Source of the DNA: Candidatus Azambacteria bacterium
GTDB lineage: Bacteria; Patescibacteriota; Minisyncoccia; GWC2-36-17; M10-OD1-4
NCBI GenBank assembly: GCA_027048495.1
Contig: JALTWS010000016.1
Span: forward strand, 1 to 61,719
Direction: 5' to 3'
Length of the DNA stretch: 61,719 bases
A program made the position numbers and the translations under genes. This document shows, one piece after another, positions 1 through 7,667 of the stretch; position 1 is the first letter of the stretch; each line of letters begins with the position of its first letter. The notes under the pieces were generated by a model, which did not search any database, had not been told where the DNA came from, and worked only from the letters and a program-made list of their open reading frames with translations.

Positions 1-288
1 GGAATTATTATTGTTTCTGTTCCATCAAAAAATATTCCTTTACAAAAAAAACATTTTAGACATTATGATATTAATTTATTAAATAATCATTTTAAAGGAT
101 TTAAAATGATAGAAAGTTATTATGTAGTTAAAAATGGATATATTTATTTTTTTCTTTCTAAAGTGTTATGGAGGTTAAATGTTTTGGGTCGTTTTCAAAA
201 ATTTATATATAGATTTTTAATAAGGTTTATATATAATGCTAATCAAAAAACGGGCAGACATTTAATAGCTGTTTTTAAAAAGCTTTAA
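1..288 (+). CDS. partial CDS (5' end outside window); C-terminal part of a possible SAM-dependent methyltransferase-like protein
   Basis: Frame 1 is open from base 1 to TAA 286-288 (GIIIVSVPSKNIPLQKKHFRHYDINLL...KTGRHLIAVFKKL). The 60-aa track ORF 106..288 is only its internal-Met tail. The family call rests on weak pattern recognition only. Confidence 0.35.
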   Translation, partial: GIIIVSVPSKNIPLQKKHFRHYDINLLNNHFKGFKMIESYYVVKNGYIYFFLSKVLWRLNVLGRFQKFIYRFLIRFIYNANQKTGRHLIAVFKKL

Positions 289-1541
289 TTGTCTTGATAA
301 AAGTATAAATATATTGCTATTTTCATTGATACAAAACTTAAAATTATTCTTGCTATTATTGCGCCAATTAATCCGTATAACGATATCATTAAAAACAAAA
401 TTAGAATTCTTAATATAGAAGACAATATATTATAAATATATAATTTTTTTTGCTGTTTTTGTGCATACATGCTAGATATAGGCAATAAAGAGAACATGGT
501 TAAAAGTGAGATAGCATATATTTGTGATAAAAATATAGATTCTTTGTATTGATTAAAAAATATATTGTATATATAAGGGGCAAATATTATATACAAAACA
601 ATTATTATAAAAATTACCAAAAATAATTTTATGCTTTTTTCTATAATTATTTTTTTATTTTCTTTTAAGTTTTTTTCAGATAATTTGGGGATGGCGATTG
701 TTTTTATATTTTTTAATAAACTTTTTATTTGATCAGGGATAGCTGTCGCAAAAGAATAAACAGCAAGTTGAACAGCACCCAAATAATGAAAAACTAAAAT
801 TTTATCTATTTGATTTGCGACAGTAAAAAGAATATTCATCAAGCTCAAATGCTTGCTGTAATTTAAAGAATCATTATCTTTTTTGGTGTTTTGTTGATAC
901 CTTTTTATTGTGCTTTTATATATCAAAAAAGATGTTACGCTTTGGGATAGAAAATATACAAAGACAATTGTAATCGGATTTTTTGTCAGTATTATTGTTA
1001 TAAAAATGGAAATTGCCGGAATGAGAGTTCTAAAAATATCGTACAAAGTCATTGCTTTGAACTCTTTTTTACCGTTTAAAAATGCAGAGTACAAATTTGA
1101 GCTTTGGAGTATGGGCAAAAATGCTCCGGCTATCAAAATAGATATTGCAAGGGTTTGGTTATCGTTTAAAAAATAATAAATAGATCCAAGGATTGAGAAT
1201 ATTATAATAAAAATACTCCATTTTAAATTTTTCCAAAATGCAAACTGCAAAGTTCCTTCATATCCTTTTGCAACAGACCTGATGAGTGCTGTTCCCATGC
1301 CAGTTAAACTTAAAGCTCCTAAAATTCCTGCTATGGAAAGTATATATTTGTATGTTCCAAAAATTTCTTGTGGAAGCAGATTTGCATAAGCTATTGCAAG
1401 CAAAAAAGCAGAAATTGATACAAAAAATTGTCCAAGCGTCAGCCAAAACCCGCCCTTGGCAAGGTAAACCATATCGGTTTTTGTGTATTTTTCCGACCAG
1501 CGAAGAAAGTTGTAGAGTTTTGCTTTTATTTTTTTAAACAT
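285..1541 (-). CDS. polysaccharide/oligosaccharide flippase (Wzx/RfbX-type MOP family membrane protein)
   Basis: 418 aa with about 12 hydrophobic helices. The N-terminal TDMVYLAKGGFWLTLGQ and overall layout are typical of polysaccharide biosynthesis flippases. It lies adjacent to a priming sugar transferase. Confidence 0.7.
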   Translation of the reverse strand: MFKKIKAKLYNFLRWSEKYTKTDMVYLAKGGFWLTLGQFFVSISAFLLAIAYANLLPQEIFGTYKYILSIAGILGALSLTGMGTALIRSVAKGYEGTLQFAFWKNLKWSIFIIIFSILGSIYYFLNDNQTLAISILIAGAFLPILQSSNLYSAFLNGKKEFKAMTLYDIFRTLIPAISIFITIILTKNPITIVFVYFLSQSVTSFLIYKSTIKRYQQNTKKDNDSLNYSKHLSLMNILFTVANQIDKILVFHYLGAVQLAVYSFATAIPDQIKSLLKNIKTIAIPKLSEKNLKENKKIIIEKSIKLFLVIFIIIVLYIIFAPYIYNIFFNQYKESIFLSQIYAISLLTMFSLLPISSMYAQKQQKKLYIYNILSSILRILILFLMISLYGLIGAIIARIILSFVSMKIAIYLYFYQDN

Positions 1542-1607
1542 TTGTGATTTTGTTTATTTGAGGCTTTGGACTAAAGTAATATATTTTATAATATTTAATA
1601 TTTGCTT

Positions 1608-2933
1608 TTACCGTCCCTCTCTTTTTAAGACTATCATTATTGTTTTTGCTAAAATATGAAGGTCTAAAGTTAAAGAACGGTTTTTTATGTAATAAAGGTC
1701 ATATTGAAGTTTTTCTGTGCTGTCTTTTATTGAAGCAGTTCCAAAAGGCTGGTTTATTTGCGCCCAGCCAGTTAGCCCAGGCCTTACCAAGTGTCTCATT
1801 TGATAGTGGGGGATTTTTTCTTTTAGGGTTTTTACAAATTCAGGCCTTTCTGGTCTTGGACCTATAAAGCTTAAATCTCCACGCAAAACATTGTAAAGTT
1901 GGGGCAGTTCATCTATTCTTGTTTTTCTTAAAAGACTTCCAACTTTTGTTATTCTTTTGTCTTCTGTTTTTGTCCACTGAGCGCCGTTTTTTTCAGCATC
2001 TTTTACCATTGTTCTGAATTTTAAAAGGTCAAAAATTTTTTCGTTTTTTCCTATTCTTTTTTGCCAATAAAATGCTGGACCCTTGCTTTCAAGCCGTATT
2101 GCCAAAGCTATAAAAGGAAAAAAAGGCAGTGAAACAACACCCAAAACAAGGGCAAAAACTATATCCAAAATCCTTTTTGCATGCTCGTAAAGCCCTTTTT
2201 CGTTTTCCAGAAGGTTTTCCAAAAACCAGGTTCTTCCTATTGATGAAACTGGAATTTTTCTTGTTATCTCAGAATAAAATTTTGGAAGGTCGTACGCTGT
2301 TATGCCAAAAGGGAGCAAAGAATAAAGAATGTCGGTTAACTCTTGTTCGTTTAAATTAGCATTGCTTTGGTGGACTATTATATCCACTCCTTCTTTTTCA
2401 ATAAAAAATGGTAAATCTTTTAGTTCTCCGTAAAATTCTGCTATGTTATACCCAAGCTGTGGGTTTGAGTTTATTATGCTTTTGAGTTCTTGTATTTCTT
2501 TTGAGTTCCCTAAAAAAGTTATTTTTTTTGAAAGGGCGGGGGATTTTATAAAGTTATTGTAAACTTGTCTCCAAGCGGCAAATAATATTAAAAATATTAA
2601 AGCGTCAAGAGCAAGAATAGTTTTTGGAGTTATTGAAAGAAAGGTTGCAAGGTAAAACACAACAGCAGATATTAAAACAGATATTACTACCGCTTTTGAC
2701 AGTATAGAGTAAAATTTAAAATTATTTTTTGTTACTTTTGGATCATAAAGACCGGCAAGATAAAATACAAAAATCCAAATAAGGTATATAAAGGTAAATG
2801 GTGCCAGATGCATCTGCCATAGCTCATAATTAAAGCTTTCTTTGTATCTTAAAAGCAGAGCAAAATACAAAGAAGCATACAAAACAAGTATGTCTCCAAG
2901 TATTAAAATTAATTTTTTTAGCTTTTTTGCCAT
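1608..2933 (-). CDS. polyprenyl glycosylphosphotransferase (bacterial sugar transferase, WbaP/EpsL-like initiating enzyme)
   Basis: C-terminal block KRILDIVFAL..KFRTM..DELPQLYNVLRGDLSFIGPRPERPEF..RPGLTGWAQI, with N-terminal TM segments. ATG 2933 (MAKKLKKL) is preferred over the upstream TTG at 2957. Confidence 0.88.
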   Translation of the reverse strand: MAKKLKKLILILGDILVLYASLYFALLLRYKESFNYELWQMHLAPFTFIYLIWIFVFYLAGLYDPKVTKNNFKFYSILSKAVVISVLISAVVFYLATFLSITPKTILALDALIFLILFAAWRQVYNNFIKSPALSKKITFLGNSKEIQELKSIINSNPQLGYNIAEFYGELKDLPFFIEKEGVDIIVHQSNANLNEQELTDILYSLLPFGITAYDLPKFYSEITRKIPVSSIGRTWFLENLLENEKGLYEHAKRILDIVFALVLGVVSLPFFPFIALAIRLESKGPAFYWQKRIGKNEKIFDLLKFRTMVKDAEKNGAQWTKTEDKRITKVGSLLRKTRIDELPQLYNVLRGDLSFIGPRPERPEFVKTLKEKIPHYQMRHLVRPGLTGWAQINQPFGTASIKDSTEKLQYDLYYIKNRSLTLDLHILAKTIMIVLKREGR

Positions 2934-3017
2934 TTTAGTATAAAATACAATAAACAACGCTTCAAAGCAAGCTTGGTTTATTGAATTATTTAATTTTAGT
3001 TGTTATTATTTGAAATT

Positions 3018-3557
3018 ATGATTTTATCTGACAAAACAATAAAGCAAATGCTAAAAAGCGGGGAGCTTGTTATTGATCCGATAAAAGAGGAGTCAATTCA
3101 GCCTGCTTCGGTGGATTGCTATTTGGGAAACCATTTTTTGGTTGTGGATCACAATCACATGGATATGATAACGATGGATTCTGAGATAAAATATCGCGAA
3201 GTTGAGTGCGATCAGATAACAATACCAGCAAATTCTTTTTTACTTGCTACCACAAAAGAATATTTTAAGCTACCAAACAACATTATGGCTATGGTTGAAG
3301 GCAGAAGTTCCATTGGAAGAACTGGGCTTTTTATCCAAAATGCGGGCTTGGTAGATCCTGGATTTGAAGGAAATATAACTTTAGAGCTTTATAACGCAAA
3401 CTCGCTTCCAATAAAGCTAAAAAGCGGAAGGAGAATATGCCAGCTTGTGTTTTATCAAATGGATCAGGAAGTTGAAAATCCTTACAGAGGAAAATACCAA
3501 GGACAGAAAAAGTCTGTCGGTTCAAAAATTTTTAAAGATTTTGAGGTAGGCAAATGA
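3018..3557 (+). CDS. dcd: dCTP deaminase
   Basis: [56 protein letters not shown] 3018 is preferred to TTG 3000. The TGA stop overlaps the glyA start (ATGA). Confidence 0.9.
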   Translation: MILSDKTIKQMLKSGELVIDPIKEESIQPASVDCYLGNHFLVVDHNHMDMITMDSEIKYREVECDQITIPANSFLLATTKEYFKLPNNIMAMVEGRSSIGRTGLFIQNAGLVDPGFEGNITLELYNANSLPIKLKSGRRICQLVFYQMDQEVENPYRGKYQGQKKSVGSKIFKDFEVGK

Positions 3558-4810
3558 AACTGAAAAATCAAGACAAAAAAATATATAGTTTAATACAAAA
3601 AGAAATAAAAAGGCAAAAAGAAACTTTAAGCTTAATAGCCTCTGAAAACTATGTTTCAGAGGCTGTTTTGGAAGCGCAAGGCTCTTGCCTTACAAATAAA
3701 TATTCTGAAGGATATCCAAAAAAAAGATACTATGCCGGAAATGAAGTTATAGACAATATTGAATCTTTGGCCATAAAAAGGGCAAAGGAGCTGTTTGGCG
3801 CAGAGCATGCAAATGTCCAGCCGCATTCGGGCTCGCAAGCAAATGAAGCTGTTTATCTTGCTTTGTTAAATCCAAAAGACAAAGTTTTGGGAATTGATCT
3901 TTTTTGCGGGGGACATTTAACTCACGGCTCTTCTGTGAACATTTCTGGGAAATTTTACAAATTTTACACTTATGGAGTGGATAAAAAAACAGAACTTTTA
4001 AATTATAAAGAGATAGAAAAAATCGCTTTGAAGGTAAAGCCAAAGCTAATAGTTTGTGGAACAACGGCTTACCCAAGAGCGATAGACTTTAAGAAGTTTA
4101 GAGTCATTGCAGACAAGGTCGGAGCATATTTGATGGCAGATATTGCCCACATTGCCGGGCTTGTTGTTGCGGGGGAGCACGAAAATCCGTTTCCGCATTG
4201 TGATGTTGTAACAAGCACAACCCACAAAACTCTAAGAGGCCCAAGAGGCGGGCTTATTTTATGCAAAAAAACAGATCGGCTGGATAAAAAAAATCCTGAC
4301 TTGGCAAAAAAAATAGATACGGCGGTTTTTCCCGGAATTCAAGGAGGTCCTTTGGATCATGTCATAGCCGCAAAGGCGGTTGCTTTTTTGGAGGCAAAAA
4401 AACCAGTTTTTAAAAAATATGCAAAGCAAGTGGTAAAAAATGCAAAGGCAATGTCAGAGATCTTTCAAAAAGAGGGAATAAGGTTAGTTTCTGGCGGGAC
4501 GGACAATCACATAATTTTGCTTGATGTTTCAGAATTTTCTGATAGCTCAAAAAAAATTCAAAACGATCTTGAAGAAGTTGGAATAATAACAAATAGAAAC
4601 ACAATACCATACGATAAACGTTCTCCTTTTGACCCTTCCGGAATTCGTCTTGGCACGCCGGCAATCACAACAAGAGGATTTAAAGAAAAAGAGTGTGTTT
4701 TGCTTGCAAAGCTTATATCTGAGGTTATAAAAAATCCAAGCAAAGCAACAAAACAAAAAGTAAAAAAAGAAATAAAAAAACTTGCTTGTAAATTTAAGCT
4801 TAATTATTAG
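3554..4810 (+). CDS. glyA: serine hydroxymethyltransferase
   Basis: 418 aa with [27 protein letters not shown] and [14 protein letters not shown] (PLP-lysine motif). Confidence 0.97.
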   Translation: MKLKNQDKKIYSLIQKEIKRQKETLSLIASENYVSEAVLEAQGSCLTNKYSEGYPKKRYYAGNEVIDNIESLAIKRAKELFGAEHANVQPHSGSQANEAVYLALLNPKDKVLGIDLFCGGHLTHGSSVNISGKFYKFYTYGVDKKTELLNYKEIEKIALKVKPKLIVCGTTAYPRAIDFKKFRVIADKVGAYLMADIAHIAGLVVAGEHENPFPHCDVVTSTTHKTLRGPRGGLILCKKTDRLDKKNPDLAKKIDTAVFPGIQGGPLDHVIAAKAVAFLEAKKPVFKKYAKQVVKNAKAMSEIFQKEGIRLVSGGTDNHIILLDVSEFSDSSKKIQNDLEEVGIITNRNTIPYDKRSPFDPSGIRLGTPAITTRGFKEKECVLLAKLISEVIKNPSKATKQKVKKEIKKLACKFKLNY

Positions 4811-4836
4811 TTTTTATTTTATTTAAGGTTTATTTG

Positions 4837-5667
4837 ATGAAAATTTTTAATGGAAAAAAAGAAGCTGAAAAAATCTTAAAGAAGCTAAAAAAGCAAATAA
4901 AAGAAAAAAAGCTAAAGCCAAAGCTTGTTGTTTTTTTAGTTGGAAAAAACAAAGCTTCAGAAGTTTATGTGTCTTTAAAACAAAAAGCGGCAGAAAAGAT
5001 TGGAGTGAACTTTGTTTTAAAAAGATATTCCGTGTCTGTTTCCGAAAAGGAACTTGTAAGTGAGATAAAAAAAGCAAACAAAGACAGGCAAGTGTCTGGG
5101 ATAATAGTTCAGTTGCCTTTGCCAAAAAAATTTAATCCGGACAAAATAATATCAAAGATAGACCCAAAAAAAGATGCTGATGGTTTCTGCAAAGAAAATG
5201 TATCCGGTGTTTTGGTTGGTAAAAATTTTTCTGATCCAGTTTTGCCAAAAGTTATTTTTTATACAGCAAAAAAAGCTTTAGGAGAAAAGCTAAAAAACAA
5301 AAAAATAGTTGCTTTGGTAAATTCAAAAGTATTTGCCTTAGGGCTTAAAAACTTTTTTGAAGCAAATAAGATAAATATTTTTACTGTTGTTTGTAAAGGC
5401 TTAAGCAAAAACAGCATAAAAAAACATACAAAAGAGGCAGATGTTTTAATATCTGTTTTGGGCAGGCCAAATTTCATAACTGCTGATATGCTAAAACAAA
5501 ATGTGGTTTTAATAGACGCGGGAATTGCAAAGGCAAAAGGCAAAATTTATGGAGATGTTTGCTTTTCAAGTATAAAGCAAAAAGCAAGTTTTATAACTCC
5601 GGTACCCGGAGGAATTGGACCCTTGACGGTTGCGTTTTTGATGGAAAATGTTGTTTTTAGCTCCTAA
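4837..5667 (+). CDS. folD: bifunctional methylenetetrahydrofolate dehydrogenase/cyclohydrolase
   Basis: KPKLVVFLVG.N.AS.VYV, GIIVQLPLP, DADGF, VLGRPNFIT, DAGI, ITPVPGGIGPLTVA. ATG 4837 follows the TTG at 4834. Confidence 0.93.
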   Translation: MKIFNGKKEAEKILKKLKKQIKEKKLKPKLVVFLVGKNKASEVYVSLKQKAAEKIGVNFVLKRYSVSVSEKELVSEIKKANKDRQVSGIIVQLPLPKKFNPDKIISKIDPKKDADGFCKENVSGVLVGKNFSDPVLPKVIFYTAKKALGEKLKNKKIVALVNSKVFALGLKNFFEANKINIFTVVCKGLSKNSIKKHTKEADVLISVLGRPNFITADMLKQNVVLIDAGIAKAKGKIYGDVCFSSIKQKASFITPVPGGIGPLTVAFLMENVVFSS

Positions 5668-5701
5668 AAAAGCAAAAACCCGGCAACATAGAGTTGCCGG
5701 G
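5666..5701 (-). terminator. intrinsic terminator of the small minus-strand gene (hairpin also lies just after folD)
   Basis: Stem CCCGGCAAC (5679-5687) pairs with GTTGCCGGG (5693-5701). On the minus strand it is followed by a T-rich run (the A-run 5666-5678 on plus). Confidence 0.7.
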
Positions 5702-5711
5702 GGAGTGAGAT

Positions 5712-5888
5712 TCAGAACTTCAGGGGGATTGGGACTGCTTTTTCGCCCCAAGATATTTCTTCATCCCAAGGATCCGTTTCTGCTTCTTCTTGTTGGTCAA
5801 GGCCGGGGATGTACAGAAGAAACACGTCGTCTTTTCCATTTGTGCTCTTGTAGATTTCTTCATCCAAGTAAACATATGCGGATTCCAT
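5712..5888 (-). CDS. small acidic hypothetical protein (58 aa, not in ORF track)
   Basis: ATG at 5888 is preceded by GGAGGA with a 7-nt spacer: MESAYVYLDEEIYKSTNGKDDVFLLYIPGLDQQEEAETDPWDEEISWGEKAVPIPLKF, stop TGA 5712-5714. It is GC-richer than its surroundings, with a consensus promoter upstream and a terminator downstream. Confidence 0.65.
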   Translation of the reverse strand: MESAYVYLDEEIYKSTNGKDDVFLLYIPGLDQQEEAETDPWDEEISWGEKAVPIPLKF

Positions 5889-5971
5889 AGTTGTTGTCCT
5901 CCAATAAGAAATAAAACTTAGTTTGATTAGAAATTTTTAACTATTTATATTTGAAAGGTTCAGCATTATTT

Positions 5972-5999
5972 ATTATACAATGTTAAATTTGAATGTCAA
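5972..5999 (-). promoter_or_regulatory. near-consensus sigma70-type promoter (TTGACA-16 nt-TGtTATAAT)
   Basis: Minus strand reads TTGACATTCAAATTTAACATTGTATAAT, with the -35 at 5999-5994 and the -10 at 5977-5972 plus an extended TG. It lies about 85 nt upstream of the ATG at 5888. Confidence 0.6.
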
Positions 6000-6031
6000 T
6001 TAAATATTTTTACCCAAACCGCAACATTTTT

Positions 6032-6184
6032 TTCATTCGTTTAACTTACGATCATGAACTGAACGAATGAAAATCTTTTGAGGACAAACCACTCACCTAA
6101 CTCACGATCGTGAGTTAAATGAGTAAAAATCTTTGAGGATAAAATTCACTCATCCAACTCACGATCGTGAGTTGGATGAGTGAA
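6032..6184. repeat. tandem array (3 units, 56-57 bp period) of 34-40 bp palindromes, core AACTCACGATCGTGAGTT (locus 1)
   Basis: Unit 6145-6184 is a perfect 40-nt palindrome (TTCACTCATCCAACTCACGATCGTGAGTTGGATGAGTGAA). Unit 6091-6124 is near-perfect. Unit 6032-6071 has a diverged centre but a perfectly compensated outer stem (TTCATTCGTT/AACGAATGAA). The spacers are similar (AAAATCTTTGAGGA). Confidence 0.95.
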
Positions 6185-6230
6185 TGGGAATAATAAAGAA
6201 AATTTGTGTATTTTGGTTATAATCTTTTTC

Positions 6231-6318
6231 ACTTAGCGGTCCGACCGCTAAGTAAACCGCTAAGTAAAAGATTATATTAATTAGCGGTCCGACCGCTAAG
6301 TAGACTGCTAAGTAATAA
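6231..6318. repeat. two 48-bp direct repeat units, each a 19-21 bp palindrome (C)TTAGCGGTCCGACCGCTAA(G) plus an extra GCTAAGTA half-site 12 bp downstream
   Basis: Palindromes at 6232-6252 and 6281-6299. GCTAAGTA occurs at 6247, 6259, 6295 and 6307. Confidence 0.9.
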
Positions 6319-6420
6319 TATGTAAAATAAAATATATAAATAAAATATATTTTTTGAATTTTTAAATTTAAGTATAGGTTTATCTTCAGAGGTTCTTGTC
6401 TGTGCATCAAAGCATGCTTT

Positions 6421-6449
6421 AAAAAACAGCCCCTTTGTATATGGGGCTG
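6421..6449 (-). terminator. intrinsic terminator downstream of the tandem Zn-ribbon gene (bidirectional shape)
   Basis: Stem CAGCCCC (6427-6433) pairs with GGGGCTG (6443-6449), flanked by an A6 run on one side and a T5 run on the other. Confidence 0.7.
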
Positions 6450-6455
6450 TTTTTA

Positions 6456-6749
6456 TTAGAATCTGTCTTGTCTGTGGCAGTCTCTGCACTTTAGCTGTCC
6501 AACTCTTGATGGGTCCGGCTCAAACGGAAGTTCTGTTATTTCAGATCCGCACTTTGAGCAGCTCCAGCTTCCTTGGTGCATTTGTCTTTTGTGTCCGTAG
6601 CTGTTGTTTTTTGACTGCCTGTGGCAATCTCTGCACTTTAGCTGTCCTACTCTTGACGGATCCGGCTCAAACGGAAGTTCTGTTATTTCAGATCCGCACT
6701 TTGAGCAGCTCCAGCTTCCTTGGTGCATTTGTCTTTGTTCGTACGCCAT
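6456..6749 (-). CDS. tandem zinc-ribbon protein (2 x CxxC-x20-CxxC units)
   Basis: 97 aa made of two 49-aa units, each containing RQMHQGSWSCSKCGSEITELPFEPDPSRVGQLKCRDCHRQ. It resembles the small CxxC-x17-CxxC type domain (..C..CG....ELPF.PD.SR....C.DC). Confidence 0.75.
   Translation of the reverse strand: MAYEQRQMHQGSWSCSKCGSEITELPFEPDPSRVGQLKCRDCHRQSKNNSYGHKRQMHQGSWSCSKCGSEITELPFEPDPSRVGQLKCRDCHRQDRF
6472..6736. repeat. 147-bp in-frame tandem duplication inside the Zn-ribbon gene
   Basis: Segment 6472-6589 is nearly identical to 6619-6736. The few differences (GAC/GAT, AGA/AGG, CCA/CCG, GTT/GTA, GAC/GAT) are all synonymous. Confidence 0.95.
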
Positions 6750-6962
6750 TTTGCTTTTTTTAAAAAACTTATTTTATTTTGACCTTTTTAAAACTCGAGC
6801 AAAATGGCTTTGAGTCGCTATTTTGTTTCGAATTTATACGCTTAACAATATACTTGTTTTTACATTTTGTCAAATTCAAAAAAATTATGGTATGCTTGTT
6901 TTTAGTTTTTAAAATTTAACATTCTATTTTACCTTATTTTTAAAAGCTGATATAATAAAAAT

Positions 6963-7667
6963 ATGCAGGAGTACAAAGTTAAATTGAAGGATTTTGAAGG
7001 TCCGATGGAGCTTTTACTTGAATTGATAGAAAAAGAAAAACTAAATATTTCTGAGATATCTTTGGCTTCTATTTGTGACCAGTTTCTGGAGTATATAAAT
7101 CATTTTAAATCCATACAGCCAAATCATTTGGCTAATTTTTTAGTTATAGCTTCAAAGCTTATTTTAATAAAATCAAAATCATTGTTGCCGTTTTTGGAGC
7201 TTACAGAAGAGGAAGAAGAGGGGATAGAAGAGTTAAAAGAAAAGCTTTTGGAGTTTCAGAAGATAAAAAGAGGAGCAGAGCATATAAAAAAACTTGAAGC
7301 GAAAAAAAATATTGCTTTTTCTGGAGAGCCAAAAATGAAAAATGTTAGAGTTTTTTTGTATCCTTCAGGGCTTACAAAAAAACATTTAAGAGATATTTTT
7401 TTAAATGTAAAAAACAGGCTGGATGATGTATATTTTCCGCTTAAAAAAGAAAGTATAGAAAAAGTTGTTTCTTTTGAAGAGACGCTTGTCAGTATAAAAA
7501 AAAGGATTATCAAAAAACAAGAAGAATATTTTCATAATATTGCAGATAAAAAATCAAAAATAAATACAATCATTGCTTTTTTGGCCGTTTTGGAGCTTAT
7601 CAAACAAAGCTTCTTGCTTGCAGAACAGGATGTAAATTTTGGAAATATTAAAATAAAAAAGATTTAA
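6963..7667 (+). CDS. scpA: segregation and condensation protein A (kleisin)
   Basis: FEGPMELLLELIEKEKLNISEISLASICDQFLEY is a typical ScpA N-terminus. The protein is 234 aa and is followed directly by scpB. Confidence 0.9.
   Translation: MQEYKVKLKDFEGPMELLLELIEKEKLNISEISLASICDQFLEYINHFKSIQPNHLANFLVIASKLILIKSKSLLPFLELTEEEEEGIEELKEKLLEFQKIKRGAEHIKKLEAKKNIAFSGEPKMKNVRVFLYPSGLTKKHLRDIFLNVKNRLDDVYFPLKKESIEKVVSFEETLVSIKKRIIKKQEEYFHNIADKKSKINTIIAFLAVLELIKQSFLLAEQDVNFGNIKIKKI

Noticed and set aside
910-1537. Numerous 60-140 aa ORFs antisense to or nested in long genes throughout the track (for example 910..1176, 1286..1537, 26955..27374, 58301..58744, 59453..59896)
   Set aside because: They lie inside well-supported conserved genes on the opposite strand or in other frames. 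They have low-complexity AT-rich translations and no independent signals, so they are treated as shadow ORFs.
3554-3557. Alternative genetic code (UGA recoded, as in some candidate phyla)
   Set aside because: TGA terminates conserved full-length genes at the expected length (dcd ends ..VGK-TGA overlapping the glyA ATG, and scpB ends ..NNDGE-TGA). All conserved proteins translate uninterrupted with the standard code.
5648-5890. 80-aa plus-strand ORF after folD
   Set aside because: It runs antisense to the 58-aa minus-strand ORF, which has a consensus promoter, GGAGGA RBS and terminator. The plus ORF would also read through the terminator hairpin. It is judged a shadow ORF.
6032-6184. CRISPR array interpretation of the tandem palindromes (also at 10476-10570 and 61365-61458)
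   Set aside because: There are only 2-3 units per locus. The 'spacers' are 17-20 bp and similar to one another within a locus. The repeat units differ from each other through compensated substitutions, whereas CRISPR repeats are near-identical. No cas operon is present, apart from a weak Cas2-fold-like partial ORF at the window edge.
6032-6184. Integron attC sites (RYYYAAC ... GTTRRRY boxes inside each palindrome)
   Set aside because: The box pattern matches, but the units are mostly perfect palindromes without extrahelical bases. They are spaced 17-20 bp apart with no cassettes between them, and no intI gene is in the window. The idea is kept only as a hypothesis that a tyrosine recombinase or other hairpin-binding protein might recognise them.
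6159-6410. 83-aa minus-strand ORF from the track
   Set aside because: It is composed largely of the repeat units (its internal YLAVYLAVGPL duplication is a translation of the 48-bp repeats). It has no start context and is a repeat-derived artefact.
5900-6960. Replication origin (oriC) in the repeat-rich, AT-rich non-coding region near scpAB
   Set aside because: I found no cluster of DnaA-box-like TTATCCACA motifs and no dnaA or dnaN nearby. The only near-match (ATATCCACA, about 44226) is isolated. The idea cannot be excluded without genome-wide skew data, but the window does not support it.
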